The notes under the pieces are model-generated. The model saw nothing but the letters and a program-made list of their open reading frames with translations. It ran no database searches and was not told the origin of the DNA. DNA of 64,000 nt, from positions 1 to 64,000 of the IMG/VR virus record IMGVR_UViG_3300020718_000010. One strand, written 5' to 3'. Made by a program: the position numbers and the translations under genes. This stretch comes from a virus. Lineage: Duplodnaviria > Caudoviricetes. Of this stretch, positions 6,591 to 14,485 are shown in pieces. Every line of letters begins with the position of its first letter. The first letter of the stretch is position 1.

Positions 6591-9043
6591 GAAGCCTGAG
6601 CCATTCCTCGCTCAGCAAGGGCGACCAACAAGTCACCAATAACTGAATTCTCTTCGTTGTCATCTTCATCTGTACCGTCAATAGCACGGTCAACAATGTT
6701 TCTTTTGTGAGAAATCAATGCAGCAATGTCCTCATCAATTGTGTTTGCGGTAAGCATTAACCATGCTGTCACTGAGTCTTTTTGACCAATGCGGTGGCAA
6801 CGGTCTGCACCCTGCTCCATGTCCGATGGTGTCCAACCTTGTTCTAGAAACAGCACATCACTTGCTGCGGTCAATGTCAAGCCAACACCTGCAGCCTTAA
6901 TGTTGCAAGCAATAACTTTTTGACCATCAGAGTTTTGGAAAAGGTCAACGGCTTCTTGACGGCGCTCTGCCGTAATGCCACCTTGAATCTTTACTCCATT
7001 ACTAAAGTTGATAGCGATATCGTCAACTGTTGCTCGGTGCCATCCAAACACAACAAGTTTTTTATCATTCTCAAGAAAGTTTTTAATCCATTCTTGAGCA
7101 GCGCTCATTTTTGCTTTTGCGGCCAATTGTTTGAGTGTGCTGATTGATACAAGTTGTTCAGCGGCTTTTGCACGCAGGGCTTTGCGCCATGCGGCATCTT
7201 GCGCTTCCTGAGTGTCTGCACCAGCCTCACGAGCCAACTGTAGAGCAAGTTCTGCCAAATACTTAACAATGTCAGCCTCGGCTTTTCTGTACTCTTTCAT
7301 GACCTGAGCGTCTCCCTCAACCACAACGTGGCTCCAACGCTTTGGTGGCAATTCTTTAAGCACGTCTGCTTTACGACGGCGCACGTAGCAAGAAGCACGA
7401 AGTTTGCGGTTTAAAGAGGCCAGCGAGCGTGAACTGGCACGGCCGTAAACATTGCGAAATTTAGTTGCACCACCAAATTCTTCTAAACGTTTTATCACTC
7501 TCAACTGGGTTATTAATTCCAATGGCTGATTAACAATTGGCGTTCCAGATAGGCATAACCTAATTCCGTTTTCTACCACTTTGTCACTTAATTGAATTGA
7601 GGCTTTTGAACGTTGTGCTGAACCGTTCTTTATGTAGTGGCTTTCGTCAAGAACTAAACCTTTAATTTCGGGGAATTTTTCAACCCAATAAGAAAGAATG
7701 TCGTAATTGATTACGTAGATGTCCGCCTCTGGAACTGTTCCAGATGTTCCATTAATTACTTTTACGTTTACATCTTTAATCCAATTGTGTGCTTCCCTCT
7801 CCCAGTTAAGTTTTAGTGAAGCGGGGCAAACGATAACGGCTGGAAATGCTTTAGCGGCCTTTAAACAGGCAAGTCCTTGGCTTGTCTTACCAAGGCCCAT
7901 TTCATCACCAATAAGGATGCCGCCCTCCGTTGGTTCTGTAAGTATCCACTCCCCCTCATCATGGACATAACCCATTGCACGCATTGAGTAAGCGACGCCT
8001 GCCCTTTGGAAAGGGAACAATTGATACAACTCGCTACCAAACCCATTGATAGTAATTTCTGCATCGCTTGCTGCACTGGCATTAATTACATCTTGAACAA
8101 GTCGACTATCTTCAACAAGCATTTCTGCTTCTTTTGAAAGGCTTGCTTTGTGTGTTTCGGTGAATTTAAGAACTTCATCCGCAGATTCAATAGGCACCAG
8201 CCATGCACGGAGTTGTGGTGACCATTCAGAACCCGGCATCTGTCTGACTTCACTAACAATTTGTGCGTCATAATTAAAGGTGATTGCAAAGTTATTGTTC
8301 TTAACGCCCACCATTGGATTGGTATCAATTTCCAATTCAGGCAACCAGTGAATGTCTTCGGTTACAAACAAACCATATTCTTTAGCCAATTTTTTGACAA
8401 TAGAAACCGACTCTTGTGGTGCGGTCCATTCCTTAGCGTCAGCATCCCACTTACGACCGGGAACCCCTGAGCGAATAGCATCAATTAAAGGGGCGTGGTA
8501 TTCAAACTTAAATCTAATAACGCCATTTTTTAAGTAGACATCACCAAGGTAGGTAGGTGCAGCCTTTGGTGCGGACTCAAGGATTGAACGTGCTTTATCG
8601 CTAACAGGAATGCCATTTCTACCAGCCCATTCAATCGCAACACCGTACTTTGAAACATCAACCTGCCATCCACGAAGGTCACGATTCCATCGTGCTGAAA
8701 GCGCACTTTTTGGAGATGCTGGGTCTTCGTATGGTAAAAAAACAAGAATCTTTCCATCTTTAAATTCAATTGCTCTTAAGCCCTTAGGACCATTTATGTT
8801 TTGTGGTTCAGAAATTAAATCGTAATCAATACCAGCACGAAGTAATTGATTCTTGTACTTAGAAATCATCACCCATGCTTCACGTTGAACTTGTGGGGTC
8901 CATGCTTCCGGGGATACGGATGCAAGTGCTTTTCCAAATTTAGAATCTGGTCCATTAAAACCAATTCCATCTTGCGTTACGGCGCCATCACAAAACCCTG
9001 CAAGGGTTTGCACAGCACGAGCAAGTGTCGGGTCAGTGGCCAT
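6587..9043 (-). CDS. SNF2-family (SMARCAL1/HARP-like) helicase with repeated N-terminal HARP-like domains
   Basis: GDEMGLGKT (I), LDESHYIKN (II), SGTP (III), QGADRCHRIGQ (VI); three N-terminal W-x-W-x-V repeats. Confidence 0.92.
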   Translation of the reverse strand: MATDPTLARAVQTLAGFCDGAVTQDGIGFNGPDSKFGKALASVSPEAWTPQVQREAWVMISKYKNQLLRAGIDYDLISEPQNINGPKGLRAIEFKDGKILVFLPYEDPASPKSALSARWNRDLRGWQVDVSKYGVAIEWAGRNGIPVSDKARSILESAPKAAPTYLGDVYLKNGVIRFKFEYHAPLIDAIRSGVPGRKWDADAKEWTAPQESVSIVKKLAKEYGLFVTEDIHWLPELEIDTNPMVGVKNNNFAITFNYDAQIVSEVRQMPGSEWSPQLRAWLVPIESADEVLKFTETHKASLSKEAEMLVEDSRLVQDVINASAASDAEITINGFGSELYQLFPFQRAGVAYSMRAMGYVHDEGEWILTEPTEGGILIGDEMGLGKTSQGLACLKAAKAFPAVIVCPASLKLNWEREAHNWIKDVNVKVINGTSGTVPEADIYVINYDILSYWVEKFPEIKGLVLDESHYIKNGSAQRSKASIQLSDKVVENGIRLCLSGTPIVNQPLELITQLRVIKRLEEFGGATKFRNVYGRASSRSLASLNRKLRASCYVRRRKADVLKELPPKRWSHVVVEGDAQVMKEYRKAEADIVKYLAELALQLAREAGADTQEAQDAAWRKALRAKAAEQLVSISTLKQLAAKAKMSAAQEWIKNFLENDKKLVVFGWHRATVDDIAINFSNGVKIQGGITAERRQEAVDLFQNSDGQKVIACNIKAAGVGLTLTAASDVLFLEQGWTPSDMEQGADRCHRIGQKDSVTAWLMLTANTIDEDIAALISHKRNIVDRAIDGTDEDDNEENSVIGDLLVALAERGMAQAS

Positions 9044-9049
9044 TTATAA

Positions 9050-9078
9050 AGTATACAGGGGTGTAGTAACACCCACAA
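9050..9078 (-). promoter_or_regulatory. Promoter TTGTGG-N17-TATACT for a leaderless helicase mRNA
   Basis: TATACT 6 nt upstream of ATG 9043; no SD. Confidence 0.7.
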
Positions 9079-9081
9079 GAC

Positions 9082-9345
9082 TTATTTGTCTCGGTTGTGA
9101 TGCTTGTAAAGTGCTTGGTCTGTTGTCTCAGCCCATTCAGCAATCTTTCGCCATGTAACTCCGTGGTTACGAAGGCGTGTAACCGTCTGACGGCGCTCTT
9201 TTCCTAATTCAATTACTTCTTGTTCATGCTTGCGCATTTGACGGCAAATGTCACGAATGTGTGAAAGGAGTGAAGCAACTTCTGGTGACGATGTTTCGTC
9301 CATTTCTTTGCGGTTTGGAAGAGGGGTAACTGGGTCAATTGGCAT
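9082..9345 (-). CDS. Helix-turn-helix DNA-binding protein
   Basis: RRQTVTRLRNHGVTWRKIAEWAETTDQALYK HTH pattern; AAGGAG SD; TATACT -10 at 9368-9373. Confidence 0.8.
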   Translation of the reverse strand: MPIDPVTPLPNRKEMDETSSPEVASLLSHIRDICRQMRKHEQEVIELGKERRQTVTRLRNHGVTWRKIAEWAETTDQALYKHHNRDK

Positions 9346-9446
9346 ATGGTTCTCCTTGGTGAGTTTTAGTATAGTGGGGTTTCCAAAAGTGGGTTGGTAT
9401 ACGGTGGTTCCCTTTTAGGGATAAGTGCCTCATTGGGCTGACGCAA

Positions 9447-9542
9447 TTAGAAGTTCTTTGCAATCAAAGCAATAACAAGTACAGAAACTTGTCCAAGGGC
9501 GAAAACAACAAGAAGTTCGTTGTGTTCAATCCACTTTTTCAT
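9447..9542 (-). CDS. Membrane micro-peptide, 31 aa (not in ORF track)
   Basis: MKKWIEHNELLVVFALGQVSVLVIALIAKNF*; overlaps the end of the RusA gene. Confidence 0.4.
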   Translation of the reverse strand: MKKWIEHNELLVVFALGQVSVLVIALIAKNF

Positions 9543-9909
9543 GTACATATTCTACCTCAGTAATAAAAATCTCTAGTGCGTCACGGCCCATTTGAGGTGC
9601 TAAAAAAGTAAGTTTTACAACAATGTTTGCGTGGTCATCAACCAAAACTCCCGCATCAACGAGTCCGTCAATTGCTGCTTTGACGTGTGGGAAACAAGCG
9701 CCAACATCTTGCCTGTATCTACCATTTAAAACATAAGGTTGCACAGTAACTTCTATTTGCTCCATACTTGGGAGCATTGCGTCCCTCGCTAAATCGCAAA
9801 ACGCTTGACGCCATTCTTTAACGATTCTTGCCCTAACCATGTGGTGAGCACGACGTTCATTGTTTAACGTAAAGTCAGGTCGCTTTTCGTATGTAAGTAC
9901 ATACGTCAT
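9526..9909 (-). CDS. rusA: RusA-like Holliday junction resolvase
   Basis: QDVGAC..HVKAAIDGLVDAGVLVDD catalytic Asp/Lys pattern. Confidence 0.8.
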   Translation of the reverse strand: MTYVLTYEKRPDFTLNNERRAHHMVRARIVKEWRQAFCDLARDAMLPSMEQIEVTVQPYVLNGRYRQDVGACFPHVKAAIDGLVDAGVLVDDHANIVVKLTFLAPQMGRDALEIFITEVEYVHEKVD

Positions 9910-10397
9910 AGGTCCAAAATTTTATAAGGTGCCCGTGCCATTGTTCCATGTTGCGTTGCCGCTTTTAATGCAATGGTCAATCGGTCTTTTGGTGTAACAG
10001 TTGTTCCGTCTAATGCAAACAATGCACCTAGTGCAATTGCCTCTCCGCCGCCAACGCTTCCGTAATTTTCACGACACTTAACAACAGCAAAGTCATCAGT
10101 GATGTAATAAATTCCGCTCATGTTTACAACAAGAAGTTCTGCACCCCAATCGGAAGGTGTGTTGTTACGCCCTTCCCAAATTGTTGCAAGATGGTCACGC
10201 AATGCGTATGGGTCACCAATACCAGAATCTCTTGCAATCTCACCCTGTCGAAACGACCCAGCAATTCCAATTAAAGAATCCTCTGCTTTCCAAACCTTTG
10301 GGTCAGTTGCAATGGTGACAGTATCGTCTGAGAAAGCCCCTGAGTCTCCGCCTATCCAAGCGCTTTTTTTATCGAACCATCCAACAATTACCGTCAT
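9906..10397 (-). CDS. HslV/proteasome beta-like Ntn-hydrolase
   Basis: Met-Thr start TVIVG, GGDS, KVWK, IAG, GGG..IALGAL; leaderless behind TAGGCT. Confidence 0.75.
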   Translation of the reverse strand: MTVIVGWFDKKSAWIGGDSGAFSDDTVTIATDPKVWKAEDSLIGIAGSFRQGEIARDSGIGDPYALRDHLATIWEGRNNTPSDWGAELLVVNMSGIYYITDDFAVVKCRENYGSVGGGEAIALGALFALDGTTVTPKDRLTIALKAATQHGTMARAPYKILDL

Positions 10398-10432
10398 GGG
10401 AACCAGCCTACTCGGGCTATTTCAGCCAACAA

Positions 10433-10627
10433 CTATGGTTTAGTTTGCGCTAAATGCTTTGCAACGGCCGCTTTTGCTTGCGCCTCTGTAAACCATCGTG
10501 CGTCTTCCCAGCCACATGAACAGAATGGTTGGTGAAGGTCGGTATTCATCATTGATGATTTGTAAACCTCAATCTCAATTTCGTGAGATGAGTTTCCCTC
10601 GGCTACTTTTGGTTTTTTAGTTGCCAC
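10433..10627 (-). CDS. Small zinc-finger protein
   Basis: H..FCSCGW...A...H motif; GTG start at 10627 overlapping the upstream gene end. Confidence 0.6.
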   Translation of the reverse strand: MATKKPKVAEGNSSHEIEIEVYKSSMMNTDLHQPFCSCGWEDARWFTEAQAKAAVAKHLAQTKP

Positions 10628-10877
10628 CGTAACGACCACGCTTAATGCGCTTCCAGTAAACGCCACTTTGGTCGCCAATAAATTCCCAATGGTCGTTGCA
10701 AGTAACGCCCTCTTGTTCTCCAAGGCACTGCCAGATACTTCCGATTGGATATGAGCCAATAGGAATCTCGCAGTTGTGTGGAATGTAAATCATTGCACCC
10801 TTTGGTGCTTGTTCTTCGTTTGACTCAAAGACATCAGAAACGTCACTTGGGTCAATGTCAATAATTTCGTTGGACAT
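10617..10877 (-). CDS. Small zinc-binding protein
   Basis: HNC..P......GSIWQC......C...W motif typical of actinophage small proteins; GAGG SD. Confidence 0.65.
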   Translation of the reverse strand: MSNEIIDIDPSDVSDVFESNEEQAPKGAMIYIPHNCEIPIGSYPIGSIWQCLGEQEGVTCNDHWEFIGDQSGVYWKRIKRGRYGGN

Positions 10878-10910
10878 TATTCCTCTTTCGCTATACCCCG
10901 ATACTAGCGA

Positions 10911-11450
10911 CTAAGACCACTTGTGTGCAAGGAATAAAGTTGTTGGTGTTACTCCATAGATATCTGGCCACCCTTGGAACCACCCACCGTAACGAAGGGC
11001 CTCCGCAGATACTGCGCTGCAAACCCATGTTCCATTTCGTCTAAATGAAATAAACCATTCTGGCGTCAGGATGTCAAGACTAATGCAGAAAATTGAGCCT
11101 AGGCCGTAAGAATCTCCTAGTTGTTTTTCAACAAACTCCGCAACTTTCTTGGGGTCGCATCCTTCGGGTGGTGTAAAAATAGATATGACAGAAGATTTTT
11201 TTATTAAATCTTTCATCTTTGAACGGATAACCCCACGAAGTGTTGCTTGAATAATTTCAACTTCATCCCAGTTTGAGCCTTCTTTAGTAACAACAAATAC
11301 GTGATTGTATTTTCCGTCACGCCATTTTAGTTTTTCTCCAACACGAATAAGAAAACCAAGCGCTCCAGTAGTTCGTGCAAACCCAATGTCGCCAACACGA
11401 ACTTTGTCTGCTGTTTTATTAATTCCGGTAAAAAGATGAGTAGTTGTCAT
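10911..11450 (-). CDS. Permuted papain-like (NlpC/P60, YiiX/YebB-type) amidase
   Basis: GDIGF...YNHVFVV...QAT..GV...LGDSY...WVCSAVSAE: His precedes catalytic Cys. Confidence 0.8.
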   Translation of the reverse strand: MTTTHLFTGINKTADKVRVGDIGFARTTGALGFLIRVGEKLKWRDGKYNHVFVVTKEGSNWDEVEIIQATLRGVIRSKMKDLIKKSSVISIFTPPEGCDPKKVAEFVEKQLGDSYGLGSIFCISLDILTPEWFISFRRNGTWVCSAVSAEALRYGGWFQGWPDIYGVTPTTLFLAHKWS

Positions 11451-11457
11451 AAGGCTT

Positions 11458-11847
11458 TTATTCTACTTCCCATGCGTGTTTTGTTAAACCTAGTTCGTGA
11501 GCAATTTTAGGATTGTCTTCCACCCACGAGTTGTGGTGATTACACAAAAGAATTATTCCTTCCATGTTTAAAAGATTTTTGTCGCTTTGCCCCGACCTTG
11601 CACGAGAAAGAATTTCGTGACCATTAACGTCACCAAAACACGGCGTACCAATAAGTTCTTTTCCTTGACACACCCACGTTTCACGTTTTCCAAAATGCTC
11701 AAGCATGGCTTCTTTGCGAAGTTTATTTACTTCCTTACGTCTGTCGCTTACGGGGTTTAATTTTGTTCGTTTCATTTGACTTTCGCCACGCTTAAGCGGT
11801 GTTCTTTTTAAACTATTAGTTCTTTTAAGTGGCTTTCGTCTTTCCAT
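11458..11847 (-). CDS. HNH-type endonuclease (NinG/Ref-like)
   Basis: Basic N-terminus, C...C pair, GHEILSRARSG, LLCNHHNSWVE. Confidence 0.7.
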   Translation of the reverse strand: MERRKPLKRTNSLKRTPLKRGESQMKRTKLNPVSDRRKEVNKLRKEAMLEHFGKRETWVCQGKELIGTPCFGDVNGHEILSRARSGQSDKNLLNMEGIILLCNHHNSWVEDNPKIAHELGLTKHAWEVE

Positions 11848-11849
11848 AC

Positions 11850-12371
11850 CTACGACGTTATAGCCAATAATTGCTCAGGATTTTCTATGCCTCCAACAGA
11901 AATTTCAGGCAATCTCAAATCAAAATTCTGTCTTTTTACAACTTCTGAATCCCTATCTTTTTTGTACTGCTCATACGCCTTAAGAAAATGAGCACGTAGT
12001 ATCTCAGGGCTTTCGCTAAAACAAAGAGTTCTATAACCAATTGCACCTACCGCACTTCTAACAGCACTGTTTGACCAATCCGGCTGACTCGAATGACCGT
12101 GTGACTGAATTGCGTATTGCACCTCCGACCAAGCCTCAATTGCTGATGGTGAAAGAATCCCCTGTGCTTCTGCAACCTTGCGTCGAATACCGGCAATGGT
12201 TGGATTCCATTCCTCAGTAGCGACCCAACCCTCTGCTGCTCTAAAGACCTCATTACCATCTAAGTCCTTCAACATCTCATGCCACATGGTTATTGAATCT
12301 TTGGTCCACTTAAGTGTTGGAAATGCCATCCCTAAAATGGCGCATACTTTTGCAGTTTCTGTTTTTGTCAT
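11850..12371 (-). CDS. Replicative helicase loader/inhibitor (SPP1 G39P-like)
   Basis: MTKTETAKVCAILGMAFP...WHEMLKDL...P.IAGIR; directly follows the initiator gene. Confidence 0.75.
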   Translation of the reverse strand: MTKTETAKVCAILGMAFPTLKWTKDSITMWHEMLKDLDGNEVFRAAEGWVATEEWNPTIAGIRRKVAEAQGILSPSAIEAWSEVQYAIQSHGHSSQPDWSNSAVRSAVGAIGYRTLCFSESPEILRAHFLKAYEQYKKDRDSEVVKRQNFDLRLPEISVGGIENPEQLLAITS

Positions 12372-13201
12372 CAATCCTCACCTGATAGAAAATCTTGAAT
12401 TGCGGAAACAATTCCGGGGCGTTGTTTTTTCTTTTCTTGAATTGCTTGAAGTCGAATACGGTCGTATTGAGTTCGTAATTTTTCTGGTGACAAAATATTT
12501 GCTGACCAAAAATCATGGCTTGTTACCCACAAAATTGCACGCTCAACCTCGGCGGGGTCACGCTCATCAATCCTGAGCATTTTTTCAACCGAGTAAACCC
12601 AAGCGTCGGTAACCGTAGGTCTCTTAGAACCGTTTTTCCTAATCTCGTCAGCCAGTAAATTTGCAAGTCGAACCGCATCGGGATTTTCCAAAGCCCCCTT
12701 TTCCGCTTTGCTTTTAGATTTGGTAGAAACGCTGGTTTCTCCGTTTGCGGATGCAACGGAGATTCTTTTATCAGTTCTTGCTTTAATCAGTTCTTGCTTA
12801 GAATCAGTACTTACTAAGTGGGGCACTTCACCGTCGACGGTGGAACCGTTCACGCTATTACCGTGCACGGTAAAACGCCCCACGGTCCCATCAGGGGAAA
12901 TGCAAATCTCATGAACAACACGGTCCGTATGAGTCCACTTTCCGTCCTCAGACATAAATTGCCCATTGTTTGTAACGTATCCGGCTTCCTCAAGTTCTTT
13001 CAGGATGCTTAAAACTTTTTCTTTTTTTGCCTTAGGACTTTCAGTGGCAAGGTGGCCAACAATGACTTGCCAGTGGTCTGGCTTCGATAGGAGGTAGGTT
13101 AAAAGCCCTCGTGCTTCCCACGATAGGCGTGAGTCTTCAATGGTTTCGTTTGGCAGAATTGTGAAGTTGTCTCGTATTGGTGATGGGGAGCGTCTAATCA
13201 T
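12371..13201 (-). CDS. Phage replication initiator protein
   Basis: NFTILPN..IED.RLSWEARGLLTYLLSKPDHW wHTH N-terminus; FWSANILSPEKLRTQYDRIRLQ C-terminus; AAGGAGG SD before ATG 13201. Confidence 0.85.
   Translation of the reverse strand: MIRRSPSPIRDNFTILPNETIEDSRLSWEARGLLTYLLSKPDHWQVIVGHLATESPKAKKEKVLSILKELEEAGYVTNNGQFMSEDGKWTHTDRVVHEICISPDGTVGRFTVHGNSVNGSTVDGEVPHLVSTDSKQELIKARTDKRISVASANGETSVSTKSKSKAEKGALENPDAVRLANLLADEIRKNGSKRPTVTDAWVYSVEKMLRIDERDPAEVERAILWVTSHDFWSANILSPEKLRTQYDRIRLQAIQEKKKQRPGIVSAIQDFLSGED
12830..12886. repeat. Four 15-bp-period iteron-like repeats inside the initiator gene (putative ori)
   Basis: ACCGTCGACGGT (12830), ACCGTTCACGCT (12845), ACCGTGCACGGT (12860), ACGCCCCACGGT (12875). 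Confidence 0.65.
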
Positions 13202-13276
13202 TGGAGCCTCCTTTCTTGATATTTGTAGAGGTCGGCGACGATACACTAAAAATGTCCGCCATGCACGTATGTTTAT

Positions 13277-13363
13277 TTGACCCTAAATAACAAGACCGTC
13301 CTAGAACCCGGTTGGGGCACTAAGACGGTCTTGGAGGGCTTAAAAAAGCCTTCTAGGGGTCAA
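13277..13363. other. Nested inverted-repeat structure between the recombinase and initiator genes
   Basis: TTGACCC/GGGTCAA outer stem enclosing AAGACCGTC/GACGGTCTT and GAGGGCTT/AAGCCTTC hairpins. Confidence 0.55.
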
Positions 13364-13383
13364 TCCGTCGATTCTAAATAGGC

Positions 13384-14328
13384 CTATTCCCCGCCGGATT
13401 CTGAAGAGGCAAGAACCTCATCAATTAGAACCTGAACGTCACCAATCTGCCCAAGATTAAGAGCAGTTACCTTTGGTAGGTTTGCCCCCTTCCAAAGGTC
13501 GGTTAAAAGACGGCGCTGATTTGGGGTCAAACTTTTAATCTCATTGGCCAAATCTTCACGTTCTTGTTCAACAGTTGAATCTGCACCGGTGGTAGAAACA
13601 GGAATTTCTACTTTGCGCTCAGGCTCTGGCTCTCCAGCCTGAAGCCAGTTCAGGAATGTCTTTGCAGCACCTGTTGCCTCACCAGCACGGAAAAGTTTGT
13701 CTGCCAATTCAGGGCAACGTGTTTTGTTGACATTGGTGTTGTGGTCGATGTCAAGGTCCAACACAAGTGTGAATTCATACTCAATGCCAGCACGTTGCTC
13801 GGGGGCAAGTCCAATCTTTTTTGGAGAAGCCTTCCCTCTCTCATCACGCTCGACGGACCACTCAGTCTTTGAACGCATAGAAGCAATTACGTGGCCATTG
13901 AAGGAGAGGATTCGGTCAATCATCTTTTGCTGGATAGGTGTAACAACTTTCCAGCCAGCAAAATTATTACCTCCAGATTTAGCGCCAGCACGGTCAGCCA
14001 TTTCTAGAATTCCACCCTCACCAGACCAAAAGTGTGTAAGTGAGTCAATAATTACAACCGCAAAGCCTTCGTTTTCGGCTGCATCTAAGTAATCAATTAA
14101 CTTTTGTGGTGAGTATGGCGGTGCAAAAGATAGTGAGTAAAAATCAAACTTATCGGCGTAAAGTTTTGCGCTGTCTCGTTCTGTGTCAATAAAAGCAATC
14201 TTGCCACCTTCAGCCAATTCGGTTGCCCAAAGAAGTGCTGAATAGGTTTTGCCCGCTCCCGACGGACCTGTTATGGCAATGCGTGCCTTTGATTCGGCCT
14301 TGGTGGCCTTGGTAAATAATCCACTCAT
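13384..14328 (-). CDS. Sak4-like AAA (RecA-fold) single-strand annealing protein
   Basis: ITGPSGAGKT Walker A, FIDTE, IIDSLTHFW Walker B, EYEF..V: AAA_24/Sak4 pattern. Confidence 0.85.
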   Translation of the reverse strand: MSGLFTKATKAESKARIAITGPSGAGKTYSALLWATELAEGGKIAFIDTERDSAKLYADKFDFYSLSFAPPYSPQKLIDYLDAAENEGFAVVIIDSLTHFWSGEGGILEMADRAGAKSGGNNFAGWKVVTPIQQKMIDRILSFNGHVIASMRSKTEWSVERDERGKASPKKIGLAPEQRAGIEYEFTLVLDLDIDHNTNVNKTRCPELADKLFRAGEATGAAKTFLNWLQAGEPEPERKVEIPVSTTGADSTVEQEREDLANEIKSLTPNQRRLLTDLWKGANLPKVTALNLGQIGDVQVLIDEVLASSESGGE

Positions 14329-14379
14329 GGTGAACCTTCTTCCTTTTGATACATATTGGTATTGGTATTAGTGAGGACA

Positions 14380-14408
14380 AGTGTAACAGGTAACAGTACC
14401 CCTGTCCA
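14380..14408 (-). promoter_or_regulatory. Promoter TGGACA-N17-TACACT for the Sak4/replication operon
   Basis: Hexamers, 17-nt spacer and TGn extension read directly. Confidence 0.7.
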
Positions 14409-14430
14409 GTCTTATATAAAAAACATCTAC

Positions 14431-14459
14431 TTGACCCCCCTACTGTATCCATGTACACT
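14431..14459 (+). promoter_or_regulatory. Promoter TTGACC-N17-TACACT for the Gam-like gene
   Basis: Near-consensus hexamers, 17-nt spacer, divergent from the 14380-14408 promoter. Confidence 0.8.
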
Positions 14460-14485
14460 TGGGATGTCAACTAATAGGGAGCATA

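Noticed and set aside
6587-9043. Intein or intron in the helicase
   Set aside because: Motifs I-VI have ordinary spacing; no C/S...HN splice junction or homing endonuclease motif seen
13334-13345. GAGGGCTTAAAA shared with intergenic 46923-46934
   Set aside because: Exact 12-mer pairs are expected many times by chance in 64 kb and the flanks share no further similarity
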